A DNA stretch of 62,885 bases, the filler included, from Choristocarpus tenellus KU-1152 (taxonomy: Eukaryota; Protista; Phaeophyceae), in the NCBI GenBank assembly GCA_964200185.2. It is 12 parts of 12 records of this genome, joined end to end, with 100 filler letters (N's around TTAATTAATTAA, not from the genome) between each part and the next. Parts side by side here need not be neighbours in the genome. Positions count along the whole stretch, not along the records: positions 1 to 3,486 come from CAXNAD020019696.1; positions 3,587 to 6,957 come from CAXNAD020020477.1; positions 7,058 to 11,628 come from CAXNAD020013968.1; positions 11,729 to 18,493 come from CAXNAD020007398.1; 8 more parts are not named here. The stretch is one strand, 5' to 3'. Shown in pieces: positions 1 through 12,135 of the stretch; the stretch's first letter is position 1; every line of letters starts with the position of its first letter. A model generated the notes under the pieces. The model did not search any database and had not been told where the DNA came from. It saw only the letters and a list, made by a program, of their open reading frames with translations. The translations under genes were made by a program, and so were the position numbers.

Positions 1-45
1 GACACCCTGGTGTAGCCCCCCCCCCCCTCCCAGATACTTTGGGTC
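1..45. mobile_element. MITE family A, one end only (contig start)
   Basis: Ends in poly-C-CAGATACTTTGGGTC, the terminus shared with the full copies at 7981 and 60522. Confidence 0.8.
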
Positions 46-354
46 TTCAAGGACATAAAAAATGGGAGGTTTATGTATCTTTTCATAAATTTTGTTTCTG
101 CACTTTGTTACAAATAAAAATAGAGGGAGTGGAATTGGTTTTGCTTTTTTGCTTATACCTCTAGCTTAAAATAGCCACAAAGAAAATATGAAAGAAATCC
201 TATAATGTAATGGTCTTCAGTTGATGACAAAGAATATGTAGAACTTATTATCGAGTTTCCTACTTTTAAGCTTAAAATTAAACTTTTAGAAATACTTAGA
301 TTACTTCGTAGTCTGATCCAGTCGGGAAAGGGTAATTGATGACAACGTAGAGCT

Positions 355-357
<3 letters not shown>

Positions 358-388
<31 letters not shown>
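358..388. repeat. (AT)n microsatellite
   Basis: About 15 consecutive AT units. Confidence 0.95.
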
Positions 389-391
<3 letters not shown>

Positions 392-1946
392 ATAGAAAAT
401 TATTCAAAAGCGATTTAACTTAGTGCACAAATCATCGAAAATAATGCGTCTAATGAGCAAAATAACTTCAGCATAAGAAGGGGCGGGGGGGGAATTGTTA
501 GGAGGAAACAACTGGTGTGAGTCTAGATGGGATAAACAACATTTCTGCTCTGCCCTAACATTGGTTACGCCTGACAAAGAATTCTCCGTGCAAGAAACTC
601 TCTTGCCCCCAGCTGATGATGCGCGTCTGTTCTCCGTAGGTACCCCTATCAAGAAAAGAAGGCATGGCGGAATGAGAACGTGGAGGAGACCAGATACTCT
701 GGCGGAGTAGAGTAAGATGGGAACTGAGAAGAAGTAATCAAGTCTGAGACGTCCTGTCTTTTGTTGCACAAACAAGAGCGGAGTATGACGAATGCGTGCA
801 GCATACTTGGGATGGCAAGGGAGGGGAATTTTGTCGTATGGGGATCAGCAGGGAAAGGCCTGGGTGATGAGTAGTGTACCTGAGTTAGAGGGACAATGGT
901 AGACAGTGCCCTACTGTGTTTGTTTGTGATGAGGGATGAGTTTTCGTGAACAGTACCCTACCTTGTATTCAACTGATTTGGGGTAACTTTTCCTTTTCCT
1001 ACGACAGCACCCTATTTTGTATGTTCGTCTGAATTTTCATGGCTGTATTAGTGTTTGTTTTTTGTGGTCAACTGTGTCTTACCTTGTGGGTTTATGATTG
1101 ATTAGGGGCAAGCAGCAGTACCCTACTTTGTGTATTGTCTCATTACTTTCAGTGTGATTACTATATTTGTTGAAGGTTCGAATCTCGAGTCTCCAAACAA
1201 TACCTGCAGCGGTCCTGAACAAAGATGTCAGGAGACGGCTACTGTGACCCTTGACTGCCTGCTTGCGAGTGTTTGCCTTGTCTGGGGTCCTTGACCGCTA
1301 TATCGATGTCTCAGAAATGTTGGTGGTATAATTTGATGCATAAAAAATATAGAAAATTACAATTTAAGAAATGAGTAATCTTACAAAAAAAAATGATTTA
1401 TTAGATCCATGTGTTCATCATGATATTTTCTTTCCAGAAAAATATTTGCATGGATGAAGGGAAGATGAAGAAGCAATAGAGGGTTCTTAAGCAAAAAGGT
1501 TTGGTATATACAGACGATAATATGAATCGTGTGATTCTGTGGCAGCGTGGTTTTCTCAGGGAAGCAAGGGTGGTGAAGAGAATCACCGCGCAAGACGGAT
1601 CAGACAGACCAAGACGAACCGTAACCGAGAGGACGAGGTTAAGGTTGGACAGGTGCAAGGCAGCATGTACAAAAACTGTGAGGATTGACAGAATGAGGAT
1701 CTAGTGAGAGAGGGTCATCAGAATAGGTCAAGACAAGAGAACGAAGTGAATCTTTCATGTTTCACAACTCAGAATGAAGAGCAGTCCCATATCTGTGGAA
1801 CTGGTCTCTTGAAGAGATTCCATGGATTCATTCTCACAGAAGATCCTTCCACTGGAATTATGGATTATTGACAAGGAATCTCAATCGGTACAACGGTATA
1901 TGACATACGGTAATAACGGTATGATAACAAACCTGCTTTCCATAAT

Positions 1947-3486
1947 AAGTGTCGGCCGGTCGCCTGCGGCTCTTTCTTCAGAAGGACATGTGCTTCAGCT
2001 TTTTGGACAGACTGACGCCCCTACCTGGAGGAAAGGTTTGGTGGAGTGGGACAATTTGGCGCAGGGATCCCAAATGGGGTAGAGCGTGCACTTCTAGACT
2101 TTCGCCTCAGGAATGAGTGCGGAGAATGGGTCATCAGTCTAGACAGAAGAAATATCTTCAACAGCGTGCGCCGCTCAGCCTTCATCAAGGCTCTCCCAGA
2201 GACTCTACCAGGACTCTTGCCTTATGTCTCCAAGATATATGGGGACACCCGAAATCTTCTTTTCCCCCTGGATAAGGGAGGGATGAAGATCCTGCCATCA
2301 AGATCAGGGGCACAACGGGGGGATCCCCTTGGCCCCCTCTTATATTGCATGGCAACACAAAAGGCAATACAGCAGGTCCAACCTGCTTTTGGACCCCAGG
2401 GGGTTTCCTCCCGAAGCTATCTGGACGACACGTCCATATCTGCAAGGGAGATCGGTCCTAACACCATAGCTGCTTTCGAGCAGTTAAAACCTGACCTCCA
2501 TGATGAGGAAGGCATTGTCTTGAATATGAAGAAGGCCTTTGCCGCACCTCCCCAGGGCCACGAACCCTCGCCCTCAGAACTGGAGCTTCTTTCTACAGCA
2601 AGAATCAACCTAGCCCAGAACCCCAATGACTTTGTCATATTGGGGGCTCCGGTGGGAACAGATGGCTTTATCCAAGTCCATATGGCTGAGGTGATCAAGA
2701 TCTCTGGTACACAAACTTTGGTCGCACACCTCAGCGAGATGGAGGACAAACAGGTGGCCTGGTTCCTCAACTCCTGGTCCCTCTCCTCCCACCTAGGCTA
2801 TCTTGCGAGGGTCACTCCCCACCTCCTGGCACGCTCCACCATGGAGCAAGCAGACAACTCCTCATTATGGACACTAAGAGAAGATAATGGAGGTAGCAGA
2901 CTCGACAGAGGTGAAGGATGTTTTTGAGGGGGGATGTAACAATGGGTCTCTCCGCCTAGAGACCCACCAACAAGTACAGGCACAGATGCCCACAAGTGCG
3001 GGGGCCTTGGGCCTCTCCTCTATGAAAAACCACAAACACGCGGCTTTTGTAGGATCACTGGTGGTCACTCTCCCCACCCTCCTAGCAAGGCAGCAAGGGC
3101 CTCATGGCGAGTCCTTCTCACAAGCTGTTTGCGCGAGCCCCACAGTATAGGCTTTGGGATCGTCCATTCACACCCTCCTTTCTACAGGTATCACCTCAGA
3201 AGACCTTGTAGAAATCATCGTCCAAGACTGGGTAACCTGGGGGGGCATAACATTCCCTGCGCCTGCCCCGGAGGTCCACATCCTTGCAGCCCATGAAGCC
3301 TGGATCACAAGAAGGGCTCAACATGAGATCACGCCTCCTGAACAGGATCCATCTCGACTCCTTTCGGACGCAACTAGCCGGTCTACCAAGTGAAGCACAA
3401 TAGGGGGGAGGAAGGTAGCTCATTAGTCCTAGCACACCACCAGAGCAAGTGGGGACAAGGGGCAGACGCATGGGCCTCAACGCAAC
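1947..3486 (+). mobile_element. Decayed non-LTR retrotransposon RT region, CRE-like (RLE-type) clade
   Basis: RT motifs occur in order: CRPVACGSFFRR (from 1947), QFGAG, ISLDRRNIFNSVRR, SGAQRGDPLGPLLYC, SYLDD and LGAPVG. The post-RT motif QAQMPTSAGALGLSS...AAFVGS follows. It is inactivated by an in-frame TGA (2013-2015), a frameshift near 2880 and a TAG (3148-3150). It is truncated at both ends. Confidence 0.88.
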
Positions 3487-3586
3487 NNNNNNNNNNNNNN
3501 NNNNNNNNNNNNNNNNNNNNNNNNNNNNNNTTAATTAATTAANNNNNNNNNNNNNNNNNNNNNNNNNNNNNNNNNNNNNNNNNNNN
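3487..3586. other. Artificial contig spacer (first of 11 identical ones)
   Basis: N44-TTAATTAATTAA-N44, which has stops in all six frames. It recurs at 6958-7057, 11629-11728, 18494-18593, 21410-21509, 29375-29474, 32242-32341, 39498-39597, 43414-43513, 52902-53001 and 59243-59342. Confidence 0.99.
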
Positions 3587-3661
3587 GACGGCGTCGGCGG
3601 CCTGCGGTACACAAAAGGAATAGAAAAAAAAAAAAAGGGGGAGGGTGGGGGGGGGGGGGGT

Positions 3662-3706
<45 letters not shown>

Positions 3707-3999
3707 CTCTCTATGTGCTAGTACACATCTTTGGTATGGATATGAGGTAGTTTGCTTACATAACTGTGGTGGATTCCTTACATCTGCCTAAGAAAAAAAA
3801 GTCGAAGAAGATCCAAACTTCTTCATCCTACGCACCACTGGAATCTGTTGAGGAGGTGCTAGGAATTTCCACGTGAGAATTGATTTTTTATGTTTATGGA
3901 ATTACATTGATAGTAACTGTTGTATCAAGCTGGAATTGCACACTAGAGGAGATACTGGCTTATGGGATGTAAAAGGTGAACTGTTTTAAACAGAACTTT

Positions 4000-4169
4000 G
4001 GCTCAAAGTAGCTGGGGGGGGGGGTGGCGGCTGCCCATCTGGGACCAATTTTTCCATGTCGCAATTTTTGGTGATTTGGTTGCATGCGTCAAATAATGTA
4101 AGGAGCACTTCTCGTGGTCAAGGCCCAAATTGAAATCCTGGTGTAGACCCCCCCCAGATGCTTCAAGCC
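4000..4169. mobile_element. MITE family A, full copy
   Basis: GGCTCAAAGTAGCT-polyG ... polyC-AGATGCTTCAAGCC, flanked by TTT on both sides (3-bp TSD). Confidence 0.85.
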
Positions 4170-4477
4170 TTTTGTTTTAGGTCAGAATTATTTTTTCGGA
4201 AATTGTTCTATTGCAATGGTAAAAACAGACAAAAAAGAGAGAGAGAGAGAGAGAGTAGAACTCAGGATTGGTATGGTGCAGGGATGGATGAGCCCCTCGT
4301 GGGGCGATTGTCAGATCCTTTTTTTTCACAGAGGACTGGGCAATGAGTGATTGGGTACTCTATCCTACCTACCTACCTTCAGGGTTAGAAGTCACAGATT
4401 GTGAACCTTTGCTGGCACAAATGTTCCCTGTAATCTGGAGGAAGTGACACGATACTCTTGTGTCTGGGGGGCCCCAG

Positions 4478-4840
4478 GTATTTGTCACGGATGTTCGAAA
4501 AGCACATATGGATTTGCTCGTTCATGCTCTGCGGGTCCAAGCACGGGTGCAACATGGGGACTGTGGATGCGGAGCACTCATCAGAGGTCCGTCGTACCTG
4601 TTGAGCAGTTTTTTTATTTTGCAAGGCCATGGTGAAACAGCCAATCATAACGAATGCAGGCAGTAGTATGATGCCGGAGGTATCCAGGGGGGAGGGGGAG
4701 GGGGGGGGGGGGGGGGGGGGGGGGTTTTTTTTTCCTGTGGGTGTAAATTTTTTTTTTTTGGTTGGTGTTTTTTTTTTTTTAACCGAATTAAATTGTTNNN
4801 NNNNNNNTAAGAGAAGAAGAGAGGAGAGAGAAAAATAGAT

Positions 4841-4915
<75 letters not shown>

Positions 4916-4984
4916 AGGTTCTTTTTTCCATGTGCGTCTAAAGTTTTTTTTTATGGTAGCCGATTTGTGTTGTGCAACGCAATC

Positions 4985-5018
<34 letters not shown>

Positions 5019-5149
5019 TTACTGTACTGTTGTTGGTAAACCGTTGGGAAGGTGCGATCACTGATCGGAGAGCTCACATCCGCAATCTCCTCCGAGAAGG
5101 GGGTTGTCTTCGAAGACGGCGTGGAGGACCGCTTGTGTGCCTATGCCAG
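4478..5149 (+). CDS. Two internal exons (4478-4586, 5052-5149) of an At1g16080-like, ketopantoate-reductase-like protein; partial
   Basis: AG/GT-bounded exons splice in frame to YLSRMFEKHIWICSFMLCGSKHGCNMGTVDAEHSSE|VRSLIGELTSAISSEKGVVFEDGVEDRLCAYAR. This matches the recalled plant/algal family pattern MLEKLIWISAFMLVG...EKGxxFExxxxERLCAYSR. The exons are not in the ORF track. Confidence 0.8.
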
Positions 5150-6885
5150 GTAAGGCATGTGGTCTTGTTGTGAAGGGAAAGGTTGTTTAACAGCCAGAGA
5201 GCATATTCGTGTGTGTTGTGTATGTGTGTGTGTGTGTTCCCAATAGGCACCTCAGACCAGAGCAGTAGGACATAACATTGGGCCGCACTGCTGAGAAATC
5301 TCATGCCTTGATAAAGAAAAAAAGGGGAGGGGGGGGGGGATTCAAGATACGGTGTAATAATATACGAGGAGGCGTGTCGGAAATTCGGAAATTCGGATAC
5401 GGTATAGTAAGAGTACTTTACCTATGGCTGCGCGGCGTTATCCGGGAGTGTCTGGTTTTGGAAGTAGTTAATAAGTTTTCTTCCAGGGTTTTTTTCGCGG
5501 GTGTGAAAGGCGTGTCGATAGGTGTTGTGAGTGATGGCGCACGATGTATTCCTCACGGCACAAGAAAAATGTAGAATATCAAAAGTAGCTCCTTGTAGCC
5601 TTCACTGTACTGTGTTATGTGTCAAGTGTCTGGGGTATGTACATTAGAAGCAAGGAGGGGAAGGTCTCGGGTTGTGCTATCTCTCTCCATCTCTGTGAAC
5701 AAGAGAGGTATGCCTATCGTGGAAAAAAAAAAAAAAAAGCTCTGCGAAGCGCTTTGGTCTTCTGTTTTGATTGTTGAGGGGCTGGGGGGTTGGTAGGGGG
5801 TTGTTGGGAATAGGAGGGGGTCCGCGTGTTGTGGGAACGCACTGTGGTTTTCCTAGGGGGTTGTTTGCGTTTGGAGTGGTTCGGCGGTTGATTGGTGAGA
5901 CTGTAGTACAATGATGAAAAAGTGGTACACCTTGTGCCGGGTGTCTGCGTGCTTGAAAGGCACTGACAGTCAGTCTCTTAGCGTTGTGAAAGAAAATAGA
6001 TAGTAAATATCGCTACAATCCCTGAGTTGATTCGTTTAAAGCGATGATCAAATTCGAATTCGTTGTTTGAAACCTTTTTGATTGGTCGATTCTTTTTGCT
6101 TGCATGCGTGCCCGCCGCGCAATTGGTTCATTGACTCTTGCACTGTGTCCAAGCTACAGTCGGATTCATTCCATCAAGTGTGTTGAGTCTCTACTGAGTC
6201 GGTCCATGATGTATTCGTAAAGTCTTCCTGTTTGCAACGCTATATTATTTCGCTCTAGAGTGCTCTGTGGCGATTGAGCAGTGTTGATTCCTTTGTTGAA
6301 AAATGGGTAATTTATGTTTATGTATTCAATCCAATTTCAAATCTTGCCGTTGTGTAGGAACACCCGGGCAGGTCGAAATTCTTGATGAGCATCCTTCATT
6401 TTCCTCAGCATCCCCATCCACATCAGAGGAGGGTTGGAGGGTCTTGAACAAAGACATTGCCCCCACAATGTTTCTGGGTTATTTTTCCAACTGATGCTTC
6501 AGTATTTACATTCTTCTGTACAAGAACATTCCACCGTTGTCACCTCCATTTTGTAGTGAATCTTCCCATCCGCCAACCCAACCAATCAACACACATTGGG
6601 AAATCTCCTCTTTTGTTTGTTCGTTAGTTGTTCTGTGGATTAACTCCCACCCCCACCCCCCCCACCCCTCTCTTCCCTGTTTGCAGCATTTTGACATGAT
6701 GTAGACCATCAGCAATGTATATCGTACAGGCCTCAAACCCCCCATTTTTATTCATTCAGCGTCAAATCTCCAATTCCTCGTAACGTTGTCTCCTCCCCGC
6801 CACGTTCTGGAGCCCAATTTACATCCCTGTACCTGAAAAGCAATCCCTCTTTAAAGGTGCCTTGTGTATGTGAACGAACACCTCC

Positions 6886-6957
6886 ATAACTCAAGATAGC
6901 CTTACTATGCCAATCAATAATTGCCGCTAAATACATAAACCCATTAGTAGTTCTTAT
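6886..6957 (-). mobile_element. Fragment of a bacterial IS3-family transposase (rve core) at a contig end
   Basis: Translates to IRTTNGFMYLAAIIDWHSKAILSY, matching the IS3 motif DITYIxxxxGFxYLxAIIDWxSRxILSW. Similarity stops abruptly at 6886. Confidence 0.75.
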
Positions 6958-7057
6958 NNNNNNNNNNNNNNNNNNNNNNNNNNNNNNNNNNNNNNNNNNN
7001 NTTAATTAATTAANNNNNNNNNNNNNNNNNNNNNNNNNNNNNNNNNNNNNNNNNNNN

Positions 7058-7124
7058 CCATGGGATGCCAAGCCCCAAATGGACAAACAGGGCAAAACTC
7101 GTACCCTCTAAGATACTTTCACTC
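7058..7124. mobile_element. MITE family B, one end only (contig start)
   Basis: CCCCAAATGGACAAACAGGGCAAAACTCGTACCCTCTAAGATACTTTCACTC is the reverse complement of the family B 5' end. Confidence 0.9.
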
Positions 7125-7980
7125 AATAACTAAAACAAAATAGTCAAGAAGTACAAATATATCAAATCTAGGACTTCAAGATCATAATGCTGTTTATGAA
7201 ACCACCATCAAGACATACCGCCTGTAACATACATAGGCATCAGAAGAAGAGGGTCGACAAACAGATGCAGATGTGCATGAGTTAAGTGAGGCAATACACT
7301 CCTACAACAGTCGAAGATAGGTCAACAGAAGCGTGAAAGTATTTGGGAATATAGGCAAATAGAACTTCACTGAACGGTAAAGAATGAATTATTTTCGAAG
7401 TATTACAATAAAATGATACCTAGCTCCTCCCCCCAGGGAGCAGGAATAGGTAGATAGGAAGCACAGGAAGAAAGTAGTACAATGTTGATAATGACGAAGT
7501 AAGTGATAGATTAGTGGTGGTTTTCACACTTACAGTGTTTTATAGTGTTTTCACATGTATGATATTTTATTTCTTTAGGGCTATTAATGACATATGTATA
7601 GTTTTCATTGGTTTTCCCCCTGACACATCTGCAAAATGTCAGAGGGCATACCAATATAGTTAATATGATATTCAGAAAGGTTCTGAAATATAAACTTTGG
7701 CCGATGGTATTTTTTTGGAGGGGGAGAAAAAACATTGAATGAAGGAGTTGTGAGAGAATCGTACTGTACAAGAATATGCGAAATGACACAATCCGAAATG
7801 TTTCGGAATCCTTCTTCCAATATGACAGAGAGGTTTAGAAAAAGAGAATGCCGTATTTTAAGCAAAAAGCAATGTATGTGTATTTCATGAGTATTACTAC
7901 GATGTAACTAAAGTAGGAGAGTGCAACTCACAACCTCTGCGGTTTGTTGTGTTAGCGTGTACATTTGAGATTTGGTAGCA

Positions 7981-8155
7981 GACCCAAAGTATCTGGGGGG
8001 GGGGGGGCTTCACGAAAGCGTCCATTTGGACCAGCACCAGGAAAAGTGCACTTTCATTATCCATCCGACATATGCAACCAAATCAACCAAAAATCGCGTC
8101 ATGAAAAATTTAGCTCCAAATGGACAGTCACCGCTCCCCCCAGGTACTTTGAGCC
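7981..8155. mobile_element. MITE family A, full copy
   Basis: GACCCAAAGTATCT-polyG ... CCCCCCAGGTACTTTGAGCC, with subterminal GTCCATTTGG / CCAAATGGAC. Confidence 0.88.
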
Positions 8156-8863
8156 AGTATATGTGTGATGCTTATACCAAGTGTGTTTGTCATAGGATAG
8201 GATGGATATCTGGTAAAAGAGAACAAGAATGCTCTTTTGAAGGGTTATCGGTGAAGGGGACTAATATAGACTATTTTTTGATGACTTCGTCAACGAAAAC
8301 TCCTTTTGAACCATGCGTCAGTCGTTTTATTGTTTGATTGATTGCAAACATTGGAATGGGTCTATGTAGTAGATTAAGTGTTGAGATATTTTCTGTACGG
8401 ACACCATATCAAGCGGGATGTGGTGTCGAATTATGGATTTCCTACACCATTTATTAGTGGTTTATTTATCGATTTAGTATCAGAGGATGGCTTTTCTGCA
8501 CTATGCGCAAGATTAGTGGTTTTGTGGATTATGGCGGTATATTTCAATATATTTACAGTGCGAAATGATGAAGGTGATGAGTATTTTTGGAACAGAGAAT
8601 ATCATCACGACAAATTTGTCATAATTCTAAAATTATCAATATTTTTACCCTACTTAGAATGTGAAATCAGTGTTTCTCTTGTGAGATAGATGTAATATGT
8701 ACTCGAGTAGGAAGTACACCCAAGACAAGAGTGACGTAACTCTTCTGTGCAGTCTGGATGGCTGGAGATTGTGGATACACATTTCGAAAAAGCGTGATGT
8801 CTTGAAGGTTGCGCTCTGGAGGAGCTATCCCACACGTGGGATAACTGGAGCTGTGCGTGGCTT

Positions 8864-9216
8864 GTATACGTAATAAACAATAAGATAATAAGAGAGAGCA
8901 CCCCCCACCACCACCAAGGGCTGTGCTCACTCCGCTAATAAACATATCCATACCACACGCTGGTATACGTAATAAACAATAAGATAATAAGAGAGAGCAC
9001 CCCCCCACCACCACCAAGGGCTGTGCTCACTCAGCAAATAAACATATCCATACCACACAAAGCAAAATATAACGGCAGGACACGTTTTTATGTGTCAGCT
9101 GATGAGTCAGCTGATATACGTAATAAACAATAAGATAATAAGAGAGAGCACCCCCCACCACCAAGGGCTGTGCTCACTCTGCTAATAAACATATCCATAC
9201 CACACAAAGCAAAATA
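8864..9216. repeat. Three near-identical ~95-bp direct repeats
   Basis: The unit TATACGTAATAAACAATAAGATAATAAGAGAGAGCACCCCCCACCACCA...CATATCCATACCACAC starts at about 8864, 8963 and 9115. Confidence 0.95.
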
Positions 9217-9780
9217 CTCTACTTGAGTAGTTCTCTTTTGCATAGTGTTGTATGAGGAACAGATTATGGGGGATGATTGCTGAAGGTTGCTGAGAGGAAG
9301 ATACTACTCCACAGTATATAATTTGACGTTACACACAACACATCCAACCTGTTTTGGGTGGCGTATTTATAGTGAATAGGATGGGAAAAATATATTGTAG
9401 TATTATCCCTAGCCTTTTCTACTCTAAATCGTTCGTGGCGAACCATGTTCCATGGTTAAATTGATAATAAAAAGCAGCGAAATGGGTCAATGATATTGGT
9501 ACCTAGCTGTGTTGCAGCGGTTCCCCGGCCTGGATTGAAGGACGTATAATTTTGTGTAGGAATATTTTTGTATATCTCTTGAAAATGAGGGATCGTGACT
9601 ACGACGAAGAGGGTATATTCTTGGCCAAGGTCATTGATGAGGGCTGGTTGGCTGGCTGCTGTCTGATGAGCTTTTATTAGGCATAACAGTGGAGCTACAA
9701 TAACAATGAAGAGTTTAGGGTTGCACGTAGATGAGATATGGAGGATCACCACTCTTCTCACGTGAAAAAACTCGTGCTAG

Positions 9781-10040
9781 GAGCGAAAGTATCTTAGAGG
9801 GTACGAGTTTTGCCCTGTTTGTCCATTAGGGACTTGTCTTCCCATATTTTATTCTTGATATCTTACCTAATCCGAAATATGTTTCAGAGTAGGTAAAATG
9901 TGTATGTTGTGCAAAGGATTGTCCGGAACTAGGATATCCACATTTCCTAACAAACATTATAGCCAAAATGACATCAAAATTGCAACATTGGATTTTGACC
10001 CCGAATCAACACGGCTCTACCCTCTAAGATACTTTGACTC
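9781..10040. mobile_element. MITE family B, full copy
   Basis: TIRs GAGCGAAAGTATCTTAGAGGGTA ... TACCCTCTAAGATACTTTGACTC, with TSD TAG. Confidence 0.93.
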
Positions 10041-10201
10041 TAGGAGAGGAGAAACAGCCCTCCCACCCAAATACTGGACGACGGACGTACGGATGTCTAA
10101 GTAACTTGATTTTAGTGATGAAAATCGCCCTCACGCCCATCTCACCACAACCAACTCCAACCTATCTGATAATGTTAGGAGTGATCAAGCGTCACATCAA
10201 C

Positions 10202-11123
10202 ACGTCGACACCACGCGCGACATGCTAATTGCACATATGCACTTCTCAATTGAACGCACACTGTCCGTGCACACTTGCAACCATTACCCTCTATTTTGCA
10301 TTAGCTTGCCAACCGACAATATTAACCCAAATTTCTAAGTTATCATTTTCTTCTCCCACACTACATCTGTCGTTTACCAAACAATTGTTACAGGAACAGG
10401 TAACACATATATGACGTGCACGGTCCCCCCCACTCACGATAATCGGCCTCTATTTGCCACTGATGATAGACTCACCCCTCCTGCCAATTGCCAACCCATA
10501 CACTAAACAGGCAATAGATATCGTTGACCCATTATGTCACATCCGTACCTACCCTTGTTGTTGACACCATGCGGGACGTGCTAATCGCACATCGCACTTC
10601 TCAATCGACCGCACACCATCCGTGCGCACTTGCAATCATTGCCCTCGATTATGAATAAGTCTGCCAATCGGTAAACTCGCGCTAAACTCCAAGTTACATT
10701 GTTTTCTTTCGCGTATCAACATCGGGCATGTACCCATCGCTTGTTGCAGGAATAGATAGCGCATGTACTACATGCATGATTTCCCCCATTCAAAATAATT
10801 GATCCCTGTTTGCCACTGGCGATAGATTGCCCCCTCCCGATCCTTGCTACCCCATACACTAAACACGCAATAGATACCGTTTGACCCATTGTGTCACATC
10901 CGTGCCTTCCCTTCACGTCGACACCATGAACCACATGATAATCGCGCATACGCACTTCTTAATCGACTGCACACCGTCCGTACACACTTACAATTATCTC
11001 GCCCTCTATTTTTCAGACGTCTGCCAAGCGTCAAACTAACCCAAAACTCTAAGTTTTGATTTTCGTCACATATTGACATCTGTCATTTACCAAACACCTG
11101 TTACAGGAATAGGTAGCACATAT
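10202..11123. repeat. Degenerate ~357-bp tandem repeat, about 2.6 units
   Basis: The block GACACCA...TGCTAATCGCACAT..GCACTTCTCAATCGA..GCACAC.GTCCGT recurs at about 10202, 10558 and 10916, with colinear downstream sequence. Confidence 0.85.
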
Positions 11124-11447
11124 CACTCCAAAGAAAATGCCATCACATCAAATCGGCCACAGGATGCTGCCTCAGTACCAACACCGCTCCACATCCCCTT
11201 ATACGCACAATCATCACAACCCTTAGGATTGGACTGACTGGGACGGCAGACAGCACAGTGACACGTATATGAAACTTTTATATATCGACACGTTCAGAAC
11301 ACAGGAGATAATTCACCTTCCGTCTTACAAGATCAACCATGCGGGACGACACGACACACGTGTCAAAACCTCAGTGGCATAAAGTCCATGCACAGGTTCT
11401 TCACTGGTCGGCTCACCACTGGAGAGACTCCCGTACATTGATATACA

Positions 11448-11516
11448 ACGAACTGTCATGCTACCCCACGAACTGTCATGCTACCCCACGAACTGTCATG
11501 CTACCCCACGAACTGT
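11448..11516. repeat. 20-bp minisatellite (ACGAACTGTCATGCTACCCC) x3.4
   Basis: Perfect head-to-tail copies with no spacers. Confidence 0.97.
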
Positions 11517-12135
11517 TACATCGGCAACCTGGTCTAATGTAGGTGGTAACTAACCCACGTGCCCCTGCTTAAGGAGATATGTTGAAACCTGAATCGAATG
11601 CTTTGTATATGATAAATAGACTACGAAGNNNNNNNNNNNNNNNNNNNNNNNNNNNNNNNNNNNNNNNNNNNNTTAATTAATTAANNNNNNNNNNNNNNNN
11701 NNNNNNNNNNNNNNNNNNNNNNNNNNNNAAAAACAAAAAAACCACCAGCGTGCCGCAGGAAAACCCAGAAACCACCAAAAACCCCCCCCCCCCCCCCCCC
11801 CCCCAATCCGAGAAACCAAATAGTAAACACCAGCAGACACGAGCACGCACCATGCAACGCAATAAGAATCGACGAATACATGCAACGGGGGACACTGCCG
11901 CAGGAGGTTTTGTTTGGGGAGGGGGAGGGGGGTGCCAATCATTGGCTCCGCTCAAAAGACGGGTGTATAAAAACGCCACCTCAATTTTTACACAGGAGAG
12001 AGAAAGAGACAAGCGGCACCCGTAAGGACTGACTATTTGGCCAGCTAACAGCTAAGCCGTCGTCAACACAACGACCAAAGAGTGTACGCTTCTCAAAACA
12101 TTCCCGGCTAGCACCGGCTCTATCTTCCTTCCTAC

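Noticed and set aside
46-360. AT-rich segment as an organellar insertion
   Set aside because: All forward frames checked have stops, and no organellar gene was recognised.
3531-3542. Recurrent TTAATTAATTAA palindrome as a biological site
   Set aside because: It is always centred in an identical 100-nt N spacer, so it is a concatenation linker.
4385-5077. 230-aa poly-Pro ORF and the overlapping poly-Gly ORFs
   Set aside because: They arise from poly-G runs and an N gap, antisense to the real At1g16080-like exons.
9095-9130. CTGATGAG as a hammerhead ribozyme core (also at 18400, 22657 and CTGAAGAG at 58570)
   Set aside because: No proper stem II followed by GAAA, and no closing stems.
11448-11516. 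20-bp repeats (and the 95-bp and 77-bp arrays) as CRISPR
   Set aside because: They lack unique regular spacers and cas genes, and the context is eukaryotic.
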